Shown: piece after piece, positions 51,816 through 63,792 of the stretch | How the letters are laid out: each line of letters opens with the position of its first letter | How positions within the stretch are numbered: position 1 is the first letter of the stretch | Origin: Podarcis tiliguerta | Lineage: Eukaryota | Assembly: GCA_965153285.1 (NCBI GenBank) | Contig: OZ229123.1 | Strand: one strand, 5' to 3' | DNA length: 64,000 nucleotides | The notes under the pieces: generated by a model | Databases searched by the model: none | Seen by the model: the letters and a program-made list of their open reading frames with translations, nothing else | What the model was told of the DNA's origin: nothing | Translations under genes and position numbers: made by a program

Positions 51816-52182
51816 CTTTAAACAGGGAAGAAAACAGAGGAGGGAAACAACATCACCTTCTTTGCCCATGAATGGATGAAGACTAAAGGAATCCATTTCC
51901 AACCCTGCCAAAACTACCAAGTTTCACACATTAATTGATACAGCACAGAAATCAATCAGTGCATTAAAAACAACAATGAGGTATAATTTATATAAAAGAT
52001 GGCCTTGTTTTTCCAATCCTCCCTGCACCAAGTAGAGAGTTAGCCACTTCTGATCTGGAGAGCAGTAGCCCTTGCGTTACAGTAGGAAAGGTCTCTGGAA
52101 CATAGGACTGTAACTCAGTGGTAGAACACAGTCTTTGCACACAGGAGGTCCTAACAATTCTACACAAGGCAGGGCAAAATAA

Positions 52183-52327
52183 CAGAATCATAGAACTGTA
52201 GAGTTGGACGCAACCACAAGGGTTACCTAGTCCAACACCCTGCAATGCAGAAATCTTTTGCCCAACGTCGGACTCAAACCCACAACTCTGAGATTAAGAG
52301 CCTCATGCTCTACCAACTGAGCTACCC
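52183..52327 (-). mobile_element. Short retroposon: tRNA-Lys(CTT)-derived head (52260-52327) fused to a CR1 3' tail
   Basis: Minus strand gggtagctcagttggtagagcatgaggctCTTaatctcagagttgtgggtttgagtccgacgttgggc, then aaaagatttctgcattgcagggtgttggactag...ccaactctacagttctatgattct. Confidence 0.85.
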
Positions 52328-54331
52328 TAGGAATCTTATTCTGAAACCCTGAAGAGTCATTCGGTGTAGACAACACTGAGAGAATATCTATGTTCTCTCA
52401 TCTTATACTAGGAAGGAGGACATGTCAGTTTTCAACCTCAAACTAGACCCTTCCACTCAAACTACTTAGGGTCTCAACAATGCTGTTAACATCTCTTCTC
52501 CTGCTAAAGAGAGCCCCCTACCACCAGGATGAAAAAGTTGGCTGTCACAAGTTTATAACATTTGCCAGAGTGGTACAAGCAGGTATTTGGGGTCCATGGG
52601 CTGGGACGGTTGATGCATGATTTACACACAAAGACACTGCCATTGTTCAAACATTTAAAAATTACAAGCTCTTTTTGAAAATCGACTGATTGTGTGTGAA
52701 GCAGCCCTGACTTCCAAATAACTATATAGTACATATAATACTGCCATGCAGGGGCTGGTGGTTATATTATCCTTGATATGCAATTGCACTGGAATGTATA
52801 GTATATTCGTCTTTAATCAATATGTTGTTGTGATTGGCAGTTCATTTTATGATAACCTTAAATGTTACAATGTTCATATAAAGCACTGATAAACTGACAT
52901 ATTTGTCAGCTCGATGTGCTAAGTTTTGAAATGATTTTAGTATTTGATTGTTATGAGCAATGATGTATTGACTTATTGATACAATAAGTAAAGATTTTCT
53001 GCTGTAGCAGATTCCAATAACCTTAGAATCATGCCGAGATTTTTCAGCAATGGAGAAAAGAGCCCCATAAAGTCTTTTCTAGCACCCTTCTGGATTCTCT
53101 TCTCGTACACAGTTCTTTTTCCAGAAAGAACCAAGTTTTGAGCCTTAGATGCTTTGGAAGCCTGCTCACCCAGGAGACTCTTCCTTTTGGACGCTGTCAG
53201 CAAGGGGCAGATGGAGTTCATTAGCACACCCACCCACCAGAGGAAAACAATATGTCCAGACTTCACAATACACTAGTTCAGGGCATCCACAGCCGCCTCT
53301 GGCAGCGACTCCATAGATACAGCAAACGCTGCCAGCATCACCCAACATGACATCACTTCTGCAATTCCTTCTTCCTGTGTAACGGGAGCCCTGAATGCCT
53401 TGAATTCAGCCTCCCCCCCCCCCCCCCCGCCTTGGATTTGCAAGGCAACTGCAATTAGTCTGCTGTTCCCAGCTGGCCCTGTTGTGCTCAGTTTGAGGAG
53501 CGGCGATACCACGACGCTCAAAGCCAATTCAGTTCTGCTAGAAGGGGGGAAATGTTGTTGGTGGGAGAGGGATGGGTTAGTTCTTATGAAACCGTTTCCT
53601 TCTCAACGGTTACAGCTCCACACTGCACACACACACACACACACACACAAATCTCCCTTTGGGCTTAATTGCGAGAGAGAGCGAGGAGGGGAGGAGACGG
53701 AAAACCAGACTCCAAGTTCATTCAGAGTTTACATTCCGCTGCCAAAACTGCCCTTGATACAGGCCCACGGAGGGCCAGCCCAAGCGGATTTTCTTCTCCG
53801 GCCAAAATAAATCCTTTCCCCTCGACACCGCCAAGCCTAGAGCTAGATGCAATACTGGGGGGAAAACCACCCACCTGAAATTCACTTGCTCACGTGATAT
53901 CACTGCTTATAGGAGGAGCAGGTGTGGGACTTATTGCAGCCTAAGAGCTGCATTTGGGAAACCCTCAGGGGGGCACATGTCAGTGGGGCCAGGGCCAGAA
54001 GGGGCTTGGGCCAGAAGCAAATGGTGAAGCGGCTGGAGGGTCTTTTACCTCCGGATAGTAGGTGACATCCCAGGAAGGAGAGGTGTGCATGTGCAGATTT
54101 CTGCATGGCTGGGATGTACCCTGGTGGACAAAAGTAAGAGTCACGTCCACTGCTCCACCCAGTTTTGCCTCTGGCCCCATCTACCACGGGTGTGTGGCTC
54201 TTGGAAGGCTGCCATTGAGGGAATGTGGCCTCAGGGATGAAAAGGTTTCCCTACTCCTGCTACAGACAATGCTGAGCTGGGTGGACCAGTATGAAGCAGA
54301 GCAGAAAGCGGCTCCCTGCCGTTCACGCTAC

Positions 54332-54436
54332 CTCGTCCAGTATTCTGTTTTTGCCCCGGTTGATGCCGTCATTGAGAGCTTTCATCCACGACTCCTTTTC
54401 TTCCCCGCTGGATGCCTGAAATTTGATATCTTGCAC
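54332..54436 (-). CDS. PLEKHO2: PLEKHO2 internal coding exon (105 nt; VQDIKFQASSGEEKESWMKALNDGINRGKNRILDE; end of PH domain)
   Basis: Acceptor ttttcctttctcag|GTG, donor GAG|gtagcg, phase 0/0; contains the PH-domain C-terminal helix Trp (EEKESW.KAL). Not in the ORF track; read manually. Confidence 0.95.
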
Positions 54437-54946
54437 CTGAGAAAGGAAAAGAGAGAGGTGTGGACTATACTCAAGGACTGCAATTTGGGTTTACGGTTGG
54501 CTTGTGTGTGTGTGTTTTTTTTCTTTTTAAAATAAGATCAACGCCCATCCCGCATTTCAATCAATGCTGAGAAATCCATCGAAGCACGGGCAACAGCTAA
54601 ACCAGGCAGCTCAAAGGAACAAAGATTTTCTTGTGCTGTAGATCAGGGTTGAAAAAGTTGATCACACCCAACTGCAGAGGACCAGCCACCTTCTAAAGAA
54701 CCAGCAATCTACTTTCCTGTAGACCAGGGGTGATTAACCTGCAGTCCTCCAGATGTAACTGGACTTCAGGTCCAATCATTCCTGACTATTGGCCATGCTG
54801 GCGAAGGCTGTTGAGGGTTGGAAGTCCAAAAACATTTCGAGGGACAAAGGTTTCCCACCCCTGCTGTAACGTGTAATTCAGTTTTAGCCCAGCCAGAAAA
54901 TGTGTTTTCAGCCAGGGATGGGGAAGCTATGACCCTCCCGATGTTG

Positions 54947-55130
54947 NNNNNNNNNNNNNNNNNNNNNNNNNNNNNNNNNNNNNNNNNNNNNNNNNNNNNN
55001 NNNNNNNNNNNNNNNNNNNNNNNNNNNNNNNNNNNNNNNNNNNNNNNNNNNNNNNNNNNNNNNNNNNNNNNNNNNNNNNNNNNNNNNNNNNNNNNNNNNN
55101 NNNNNNNNNNNNNNNNNNNNNNNNNNNNNN
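54947..55130. other. Assembly gap (184 N)
   Basis: Run of N. Confidence 1.
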
Positions 55131-57920
55131 ATCGGGCTCGGTTTCTATCACCATGGCCATGCTCACTGGGGTTGATGGGAGTTGGAGTCCAACAACATCC
55201 AGAGAGTGACACGTTGACCACTGGCCCAGTATCTACTAGATGACTAGATTCTTCCAAAGAACTCTGGAGTTCGTGGGCCTCTGTTATTTACTAGAGACAC
55301 CTGTAAAAACATAAAAAATGGCTAACAGCACTTAAAATCCGTGGTTTGGATCTTAACTCTCTTTCTATCTTTGGAAAAGAGTTCACATTTGTGAAAAATG
55401 GAAGTAAATGGCTGTGGCCCCCCAAGCAGAATCCCCAGCATCTGCAGGTAGGGCTGGGAAAGCTGCCCTGCCTCCAGCCCTGGAGAGCTGCTGCCAGTCA
55501 GTGTATACAACACTGAGCTAGATAGAAGAATCGTCAGACTTGGTATAATGCAGTTTTCAGTGTTCATATAAATGGGACACTGCTGCCTTCTCCTTCCTTC
55601 TGTAGTCCCATGTGCCCTTCCGTCTGTTTCTGTGAGCTGGGGGAGTGCAGATGGAGTGGGGGGGGGGTTGGGGCAGAAATCGCCCTGGCCACATGCATTA
55701 ATGGAAGAGCAATTTAGGATCTAAGACAATAAGCACAACAGCAACACCCTAAAAGCTCAGTATTGTCTGGTGGTGGCTCTGAGGGTTTCAGGCTGTCTAG
55801 CCTGGAAGTTCTGAGGACTGAATCTGGAACCTTTTGCATACTCTACTACTCAACCACAGCTCTTACTCTAAAAACAGAGTGAGATTCTAGTCCTCATTGT
55901 TCTGAATAGTTGATTGGAATGGGATGCTGCCTTATACCAAGTCAGAATATTGGCCCATCCAGTTTAGTATTGTCCACACTGACTGGCAGCAGTTCTCCAG
56001 GGTTTGTAACACGGGACATTCTTATGCCTATCTGGAGATGCCGGGGATTGAACCTGGGACCTTCTGTATGCAAAGCAGATGTTCTTCCACTGAGCTATGT
56101 CCCTTCCCCACCTCTGCCCCCTTGTAGACAATACTGAGCTAGGTCTAACTCTGTAAGAGGCAAATCTGATGGGTTTTTTCCCCCCTGCTGCTGCAGCTGC
56201 TACCAAGGTAAAAAGGGTCAGCAGCCCAAGCAGACAACCAAGAGGGACAGTTTGCTGGATGGACACTGTGCTCCTCCCAAGTGCCCAGCCAGCTGAGTCT
56301 GAGTCACCCTTATAAACACAGCCCTGCAGTGCCAGGAAAAAAAGCTGTTCTGGCAAATCACAGCATGAGAGCACCCATGCTGAACAACGCGTGCAGCTTA
56401 CTGTAATTTTAAGAGTGTCCCAATAGCCTAGCCATCTTTTTCCGTGACAAGTCGTTGGCTAGAAACCCACAGAATGAAGGCGAGGGGAAAGGTGTGTTTT
56501 GGGAAGGGAGTCACATACATTTTATTTGGAGAGAGAGAGAAGTCACTCGATGCATTCCAAAACAGACACGCTTCCCCCATGAAATAACAGCAGCAGCATC
56601 CATCTAAATTGCTCAGAACAGCAAGAACAGGAGTCGAAGGAGGCCTTCCAAGCCTATCAGTCTGGTCCACAGGACTTTATCCAAACCATGTCCCTTCTCC
56701 AGGCCACAGCTCACATCAGTCCTCCTGATGTGGCCCCATAAAGTGCTTCTGCTTGGCTGAAAAGCATCCTTGAACCATGATAATGCCTCTTGCTTTCCTG
56801 GATGAAACGTTCTTGTTGGGGAATACAGCCTGCAGTACGAAGGTGATGTATTGTTTGCTCCACCCACTTTGCCTCTGGCTCCACCCACCAAAGTACGGGC
56901 CCCCCCGGAATATTGTCCCTACACCTGGTCTGACCAGCAGCAGCACTTTAGGATCTAAGACAAATAAAATTCTACCCCATCACATGAGAGTTCTGATTGG
57001 AAGAGCCAGCGATTGAATCTGGGATTTTTTCTGCACAATATCTTTGGATCTTCATATTCTTCCAAATGGACAGCTGGATTAGACTCCGCATCACGCAACT
57101 GAGGCCGTGAAATTTCTAAGCATCCTGGCGAATTTTCAGCATCTAGAGATGCAATATGGGCATGAGTCTCTCCCCGGGCCCCCACCTCCGAAAGTGAATC
57201 CACACCCTCATGTCAAATCCTCAGCCGTGAGCTGACACTCCCCCCCCCGCCCCACCTCTCATCCTACCCCTTGACAAGAAAAAGCAACTGCAGTCCGCTT
57301 GGGGTCAGGGGGTAGAAGGGGCTGAAGCTTCAGGACAGAGGAGCAAGTGTCACAAATGTGTTTGTGTGCTAATGCTCTGTTGATATATCTTCCCACAGCT
57401 GCAATTCCAAAACAGGAAAATAAAAAAGGGACGCACAGTTGTGTATGCTGGCCTGCTAATGGAAGCCCGGTGTAACATCTGCACAATTATGTTGCCTGTC
57501 AACACTCGGGCCAGATTCCCAGTGAATGCAAGCTATGTGGGGGTTGGGGAGGCTCTGAACTGTAAACTTTTCGTTGGCGTGAGTCAACCACTCCAGCCAC
57601 AGAGTTTCATTCTGAAATTGGTCCCCCTGCATCCCTTTGGTCCTCAGCAAGGCAGGATCAGAAACCAAGAACTGCAAAAGGGATTTGTGCACTGAAAGGC
57701 TTTGCAAAAACCCAATGAGATCCTCCATTTGAGGGGTGATCCTGAGCCAGTTACACAGGCGATGAATTTGCAGCTGGTGGGAGGCACATCTGGATGGGGG
57801 TGGAGAAGGCCTACACAGTATGACCCAGGATCCCACCCCACCCCCCTTGTGTGTTCTTTCAAGGCATGCAGGAATTGGAACAATGAGTGTGTGGCTAAGA
57901 GAAGTTTCATGTTAATGTTA

Positions 57921-58274
57921 AGTAAAGGTAAAGGGACCCCTGACCATTAGGTCCAGTCGTGACCGACTCTGGAGTTATGGCGCTCATCTCACTTTATTGA
58001 CCAAGGGAGCCAGCGTACAGCTTCTGGGTCATGTGGCCAGCATGACTAAGCCGCTTCTGGAGAACCAGAGCAGCGCACGGAAATGCCGTTTACCTTCCCG
58101 CCGGAGCGGTACCTATTTATCTACTTGCACTTTGAGGTGCTTTCGAACTGCTAGGTTGGCAGGAGCAGGGACTGAACAACAGGAGCTCACCCCATTGCAG
58201 GGATTCGAACCGCCCACCTTCTGATCGGCAAGTTCTAGGCTCTGTGGTTTAACCCACAGTGCCACCTGCGTCCC
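57921..58274 (-). mobile_element. Sauria SINE, full length
   Basis: Reverse complement of the same family; TSD atgttaatgtta at 57909-57920 and 58276-58287. Confidence 0.93.
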
Positions 58275-58337
58275 TATGTTAATGTTAGTGAGAGGTTATA
58301 AGAGAAGCCACTGGTCTCTGGGCTACTGCCACATAGT

Positions 58338-58953
58338 AAGTAGTGTAGTGGCAAACTCAGAAGTGCAGGGTCCCTTCATGATAGTTACAGCTATGACTCC
58401 TCATCACCACCCCCCCCCCTCACAGCCATGCCCATTCTAAGATTATACAATAATAATAATAAGGAATCTATTGCAATGATCAGTGCAGATCTGTGTTGCC
58501 TTTCAGCTACCATCAACTATTTTCTGTTAACATACTAGGGTGAATGATTTGGAGTGCTCCAATATCTTCCTTTGGAATGACTTAATTTGCATTTCCCTTA
58601 TACGTAACAGAACCTACCTACCAGAACCTACCTACCGTTCTCTTGAAACTGAAGCCCCTTGTGTTTTCAGCGCCCCTAAATGCTTAGCCTTGGGGCATGC
58701 AGAACAAACTCCCCCTCTGTGTTCTTCCTGCAGGCCTTATCCAAAGTGACCCCCAGAGCCAATCCTCAGTGACTGACTCACCTCCTTTCACGCTGACTAG
58801 CTCCAATCAACACAAAGTTGGTTCATCTCAATAGCTTAAAGAACTTCTATTTCATGCTGATTGGGCAGCTCTGGGATGTAAGAGACAGGTACCCTGAGGC
58901 AGATAGCATAGCGGGTCTTTGGCCGCTTGCAACCCTGAGTCACAACGCCTCTG
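58338..58953. mobile_element. Unclassified hAT-like repeat; second, interrupted copy at about 42613-44110
   Basis: Shared blocks gtag(t/c)ggcaaa(c/t)tc(a/g)gaagtgcag, ttctaagattatacaataat and gttctct(t/g)gaaactgaagc; ends resemble CAGTGGCGTAG...CTACGCCACTG. Confidence 0.6.
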
Positions 58954-59251
58954 TTTGCGCGCATAAGGCTGACCCTTCCAACAGGCAGAACAAGAAGGCT
59001 GCTACACGGGAAAGTCCTGCTCTTCAACAAACTACATCGTGACCCTAGCTAGAGCAACACAGCACACATTTGATATACTGAAGGTTTTCAGTTCAATCTC
59101 TGATTTCTCAAGCCAATACATCTGCATGACACTCTGGAGAGCTGTGAAAAAGAACAGCTGTGAAGCATGGATGAAGCAGCAGTGCTGGCTTCTTGGGGAG
59201 GGGTGACAAATAAATGCAATTCATCCATGTACAAAGAGAAGGACATCCTAC

Positions 59252-59368
59252 CTTGTGACCCGGAGACCGGATTAAAATGAACCGATTTTTCCTTTTCAAG
59301 AGGGCACGCAACTCTTGGCACCTGTCGTACCGTTCCAGCTCCACGGTCTCGACACACTTCTGTTCATC
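59252..59368 (-). CDS. PLEKHO2: PLEKHO2 internal coding exon (117 nt; DEQKCVETVELERYDRCQELRALLKRKNRFILIRSPGHK; PH domain)
   Basis: Acceptor ccccttgcag|GAT, donor AAG|gtagga, phase 0/0; splices in frame to the 105-nt exon. Upstream exons were not found in the window. Confidence 0.95.
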
Positions 59369-61300
59369 CTGCAAGGGGCGGGGCAATAAAACGCACTGGG
59401 TTACTCTGATCTAAGACATGAAATCAGGCGCAATGTTGCGAGGAGGGCACTGGGCTTGGACTAGGACGGCCTGGGTTCGAATCCTGCCTCAACCCGAGGC
59501 CCACTGGCCAGGCCTTGACCAGCCATTCTCATTTCAACAAGCATTCTAGGCTGTGCAATTCTGCAAGGGTGTAAAAAGCTCACAGATTGCAACACTGGAC
59601 AGCAGAAGGCAGCTTGTGAGTGTGGAAATGGAACTTAGTGATTTAAGTTCATGGCAGAAGGAGAAGAACACAGATGTAATAAAATTCACACACAATTAGG
59701 TATTTCAGACTTTTACACAGAGATGGAAAATATAAGCATATGTCTACCATAAAGCAGAGGCATTTTTCTCATTTTGGATAATTTTTTCTGCGATTTCCGC
59801 TCCTTTACATCACTTAAGATGGTTGTGCTTGTGGTGAGGAATGGCAAGGAGTTTCACAGGGAATCGAAATCAATCTCTTTGCCCCCCCCCCAGCCCCCTC
59901 AACTGCTGGAAATGTTACATCCTTTTGTGGCTACAGACCAGGTGTGAGGAACCTGCGGCCCTCCATGTTGCTAGACTACAACTCCCATAATCCCTGACCA
60001 TCAGTCATGCTGATGCTGAGGCTGACAAGGTTTGGAGTCCAGCGACTGCTGGAGGAGCACAGGTTCCTCACAGTGGGAATGTCAGCATAGGGAAGGAGGC
60101 CCAATTGACTGCACTGTAGAAGCAACTAAAATGGTCACTGGGCAGCAATATTCTAAGGGTGCAAAAGTGTGCTGTTCCAAATTCCCTTGAGACGAAACGT
60201 GTCCATATATCTGGTGCTGCTTGCTGGGTAAAGCAGAAAAATAATCTTATCATTATGGGCCCAATCCTGCCAAATCTAGCTTGTGCAAGAAACCAAGTCA
60301 CAGGAAACTGAACACAACGGAAACGTTGAGCAAACACAGATTATTTTTGTCTGGGTCCGTTTGAAGTCATGAGAAGCTCACCAGTCAAAGCATATATAGC
60401 TAGACTGAGTTCAATATTACTGCCCTGTCCCAGCCCAGCAGAGTCATGGGGTGCCTGAAACCCCACTGGTTTTCTTTCTTCTTCTTTTTACTTTCTTTCT
60501 CTCTCTTTTTGCATTACAAGCAAATCCCATCTCATTAAGCACATTTAAACCATACTATAACATATAAGAGCTTGCCCCCAAGTTGAGGCCACAAAACTCA
60601 GGAGTTCTGCCTGAGACTTTATTGCTTCTATTGCATATAAAATCATTTTTCTCACACCTGAAAACTGGCACTGCACTAGATGCTACGTGGTTTAAATTGT
60701 ATTTTTACTGCATCTTTTATTTCTTATATATTGCATTTTATTGTATTACAATTTGAATCCCATAGATTTCATATTGTGATACCATAAAATACATGAAGCC
60801 ATAACAAATACAATTAAAGATCCGTATGGATAGTTACTGTGAGGGACGTGCTGTCTCCCGTCTTCAACTACAAATTAACAGAGACAAACCCTCGCAGAGC
60901 TATAATTTGCAGAGTTCTCTGGGAAGAGGCATTGATTGTTAAACCTCTCGGGGAATTGGACCTCTGTGAGGGGAACAGGGGTTAACCATTCTCAGCACCA
61001 TAACAGACCACAGTTCCCAGGATTCTTTGGGGGAAGCCATAACTGCTTAAAGTGGTTTGATACTGCTTTAAATGTATGGTATGGATGTGGCCTAAGATTT
61101 AGCTGCCAGATTGGCCTGCTTCTGTACATGGAATCTGGGAGCAGGATGTGTCATCTTGGCCTTTGTCTCAAGCAGAAAGACATCATCGGCCAGTCCTAAG
61201 CAGGTATGTGTTGAAGAACGCACGGCTTTAAATATTGAAATACCCAAACCACTTAGGGCTTTATAGATAATAACCAGCACTTTGAATTGTGCCCAGGGAT

Positions 61301-61803
61301 GAATCATAGAATTGTAGACTTGGAAGTTAGTAAGGTAAAGGGACCCCTGACCATTAGGTCCAGTCGTGACCGACTCCGGGGTTGTGGTGCTCATCTCGCT
61401 TTATTGGCCGAGGGAGCCGGCGTACAGCTTCAGGGTCGTGTGGCCAACATGACTAAGCCGCTTCTGGCGAGCCAGAGCAGCGCACGGAAACGCCATTTAC
61501 CTTCCTGCCGGAGCGGTACCTATTTATCTACTTGCACTTTGAGGTGCTTTCGAACTGCTAGGTTGGCAGGAGCAGGGACCGAGCAACGGGAGCTCACCCC
61601 GTTGCAGGGATTCGAACCGCCCACCTTCTGATCGGCAAGTCCTAGGCTCTGTGGTTTAACCCACAGTGCCACCCACATCCCTAGACTTGGAAGTTACCCT
61701 GAGGATAATCTAGGCAAATCCCCTGCAATATGCAGGAATATGCAACTGTCCCATGAAGGGATCGAACCTGCAAACTTGACATTATCAGCACCACCAATGA
61801 GCT
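61301..61803 (-). mobile_element. Short retroposon: tRNA-Ile-derived head (about 61747-61803) fused to a CR1 3' tail, split by a Sauria SINE
   Basis: Minus strand tggtgctGATaatgtcaagtttgcaggttcgatcccttcatgggaca, then ttcctgcatattgcagggg...ttccaagtctacaattctatgattc after removing the Sauria insertion. Confidence 0.75.
61330..61681 (-). mobile_element. Sauria SINE, full length, nested in a tRNA-Ile/CR1-tail retroposon
   Basis: Perfect 15-bp TSD tagacttggaagtta at 61315-61329 and 61682-61696. Confidence 0.94.
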
Positions 61804-62343
61804 GGAAGCCAGTTCAGACTGAAAGGGGAAAGCAGTATTCTGCTCAAAATGCCAGTGAGCCCTGACAACACTCTGGGAGCTGTATTATTATTTTTATTTA
61901 TTGAATTTATATACCGCCCTACACCTGGGGGTCTCAGGGTGATTCAGAGAATGAAATCAAGACATAAAACCACAAAATACATAATATTTGCACCAGCTAG
62001 CATTTCCTCCTAACTTTTCAAGGGCAGCCCTACGTGAAGCATGTTGCAGTAATCCATGCTAAATGTGCCCAAGGTACATGTGGCAGTAGCCAGATCAGCT
62101 TCACCTAAAAAAGGATTGAGTTGGCACACACTCACACTGTTCCTTATATGATATTACAATAGTGTGGTGTGTGTGTTGCACAAGGCTAACACTACTGTTA
62201 TCATTTTATTTATTTCTATCCTGCCCTTTTCGCAGAACTGGGATTCAAGGTGGCTCACAAAAATTAAAGCAAACATGAAAAAAAGCACAGATAGCTAAAA
62301 GATAATAGTTAAAAAGGCATTTTATCTACAATAGAATTAAACA

Positions 62344-63792
62344 GGCGAAGAACAGGCGAAGTCCCGGCAGACTGGAGGAGGGCAAATGTTGTCCCTATTT
62401 TCAAAAAGGGGAAAAGAGAGGACCCAAATAATTACCGCCCAGTCAGTCTAACATCAATACCAGGGAAGATTCTGGAGCAGATCATTAAGCAAACAATCTG
62501 TGAGCACCTAGAAAGGAATGCTGTGATCACCAATAGTCAGCATGGATTTCTGAAAAATAAGTCATGTCAGACTAACCTGATCTCATTTTTTGACAGAATT
62601 ACAAGCCTGGTAGATGAAGGGAACGCAGTGGATGTAGTCTACCTTGATTTCAGCAAGGCATTTGACAAGGTGCCCCATGATATTCTTGTAAAGAAGCTGG
62701 TAAAATGCGGTCTTGACTATGCTACCACTCAGTGGATTTGTTACTGGCTGACTGACCGGACCCAAAGGGTGCTCATCAATGGTTCCTCTTCATCCTGGAG
62801 AAGAGTGACTAGTGGGGTGCCACAGGGTTCTGTCTTGGGCCCGGTCTTATTCAACATCTTTATCAACGACTTGGATGATGGACTCAAGGGCATCCTGATC
62901 AAATTTGCAGATGACACCAAACTGGGAGGGGTGGCTAACACCCCAGAAGACAGGATCACACTTCAAAACGACCTTGACAGATTAGAGAACTGGGCCAAAA
63001 CAAACAAGATGAATTTTAACAGGGAGAAATGTAAAGTATTGCACTTGGGCAAAAAAAATGAGAGGCACAAATACAAGATGGGTGACACCTGGCTTGAGAG
63101 CAGTACATGTGAAAAGGATCTAGGAGTCTTGGTTGACCACAAACTTAACATGAGCCAACAGTGTGACGCGGCAGCTAAAAAAGCCAATGCAATTCTGGGC
63201 TGCATCAATAGGAGTATAGCATCTAGATCAAGGGAAGTTATAGTGCCACTGTATTCTGCTCTGGTCAGACCTCACCTGGAGTACTGTGTCCAGTTCTGGG
63301 CACCACAGTTCAAGAAGGACACTGACAAACTAGAACGTGTACAGAGGAGGGCAACCAAAATGGTCAAAGGCCTGGAAACAATGCCTTATGAGGATCGGCT
63401 AAGGGAGCTGGGCATGTTTAGCCTGGAGAAGAGGAGGTTAAGGGGTGATATGATAGCCATGTTCAAATATATAAAAGGATGTCACATAGAGGAGGGAGAA
63501 AGGTTGTTTTCTGCTGCTCCAGAGAAGCGGACACGGAGCAATGGATACAAACTACAAGAAAGAAGATTCCACCTAAACATTAGGAAGAACTTCCTGACAG
63601 TGAGAGCTGTTCGACAGTGGAATTTGCTGCCAAGGAGTGTGGTGGAGTCTCCTTCTTTGGAGGTCTTTAAGCAGAGGCTCGACAACCATATGTCAGGAGT
63701 GCTCTGATGGTGTTTCCTGCTTGGCAGGGGGTTGGACTCGATGACCCTTGTGGTCTCTTCCAGCTCTATGATTCTATGATTCTATGATTCTA
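62344..63792 (+). mobile_element. Young 5'-truncated CR1 LINE (ORF2 reverse transcriptase region, 3' UTR, (ATTCTATG)n tail)
   Basis: Uninterrupted frame from about 62352 ([20 protein letters not shown]...NYRPVSLTS) through ORF 62523-63707 with [23 protein letters not shown] and FADD motifs; octamer tail; candidate TSD taaaca at 62338-62343 and 63793-63798. Antisense to PLEKHO2, in an intron. Confidence 0.97.

Noticed and set aside
52260-52327. Functional tRNA-Lys(CTT) gene
   Set aside because: The acceptor 5' bases are missing, the T-loop is mutated (GGTTTGAG), there is no oligo-T terminator, and it is fused to a CR1 tail inside another SINE.
53171-53537. Poison exon in a PLEKHO2 intron (ttctagcag acceptor, GG|gtgagc donor, immediate TGA in phase 0)
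   Set aside because: Only splice-site-like words support it; such pseudo-exons are common.
56955-57203. 82-aa coding-looking minus-strand ORF in a PLEKHO2 intron
   Set aside because: The flanking exons already join the PH domain without a gap, and there are no convincing splice sites.
62523-63707. Host gene or autonomous retroelement
   Set aside because: It is a 5'-truncated CR1 ORF2 lacking ORF1, the endonuclease, a promoter and an ATG start.
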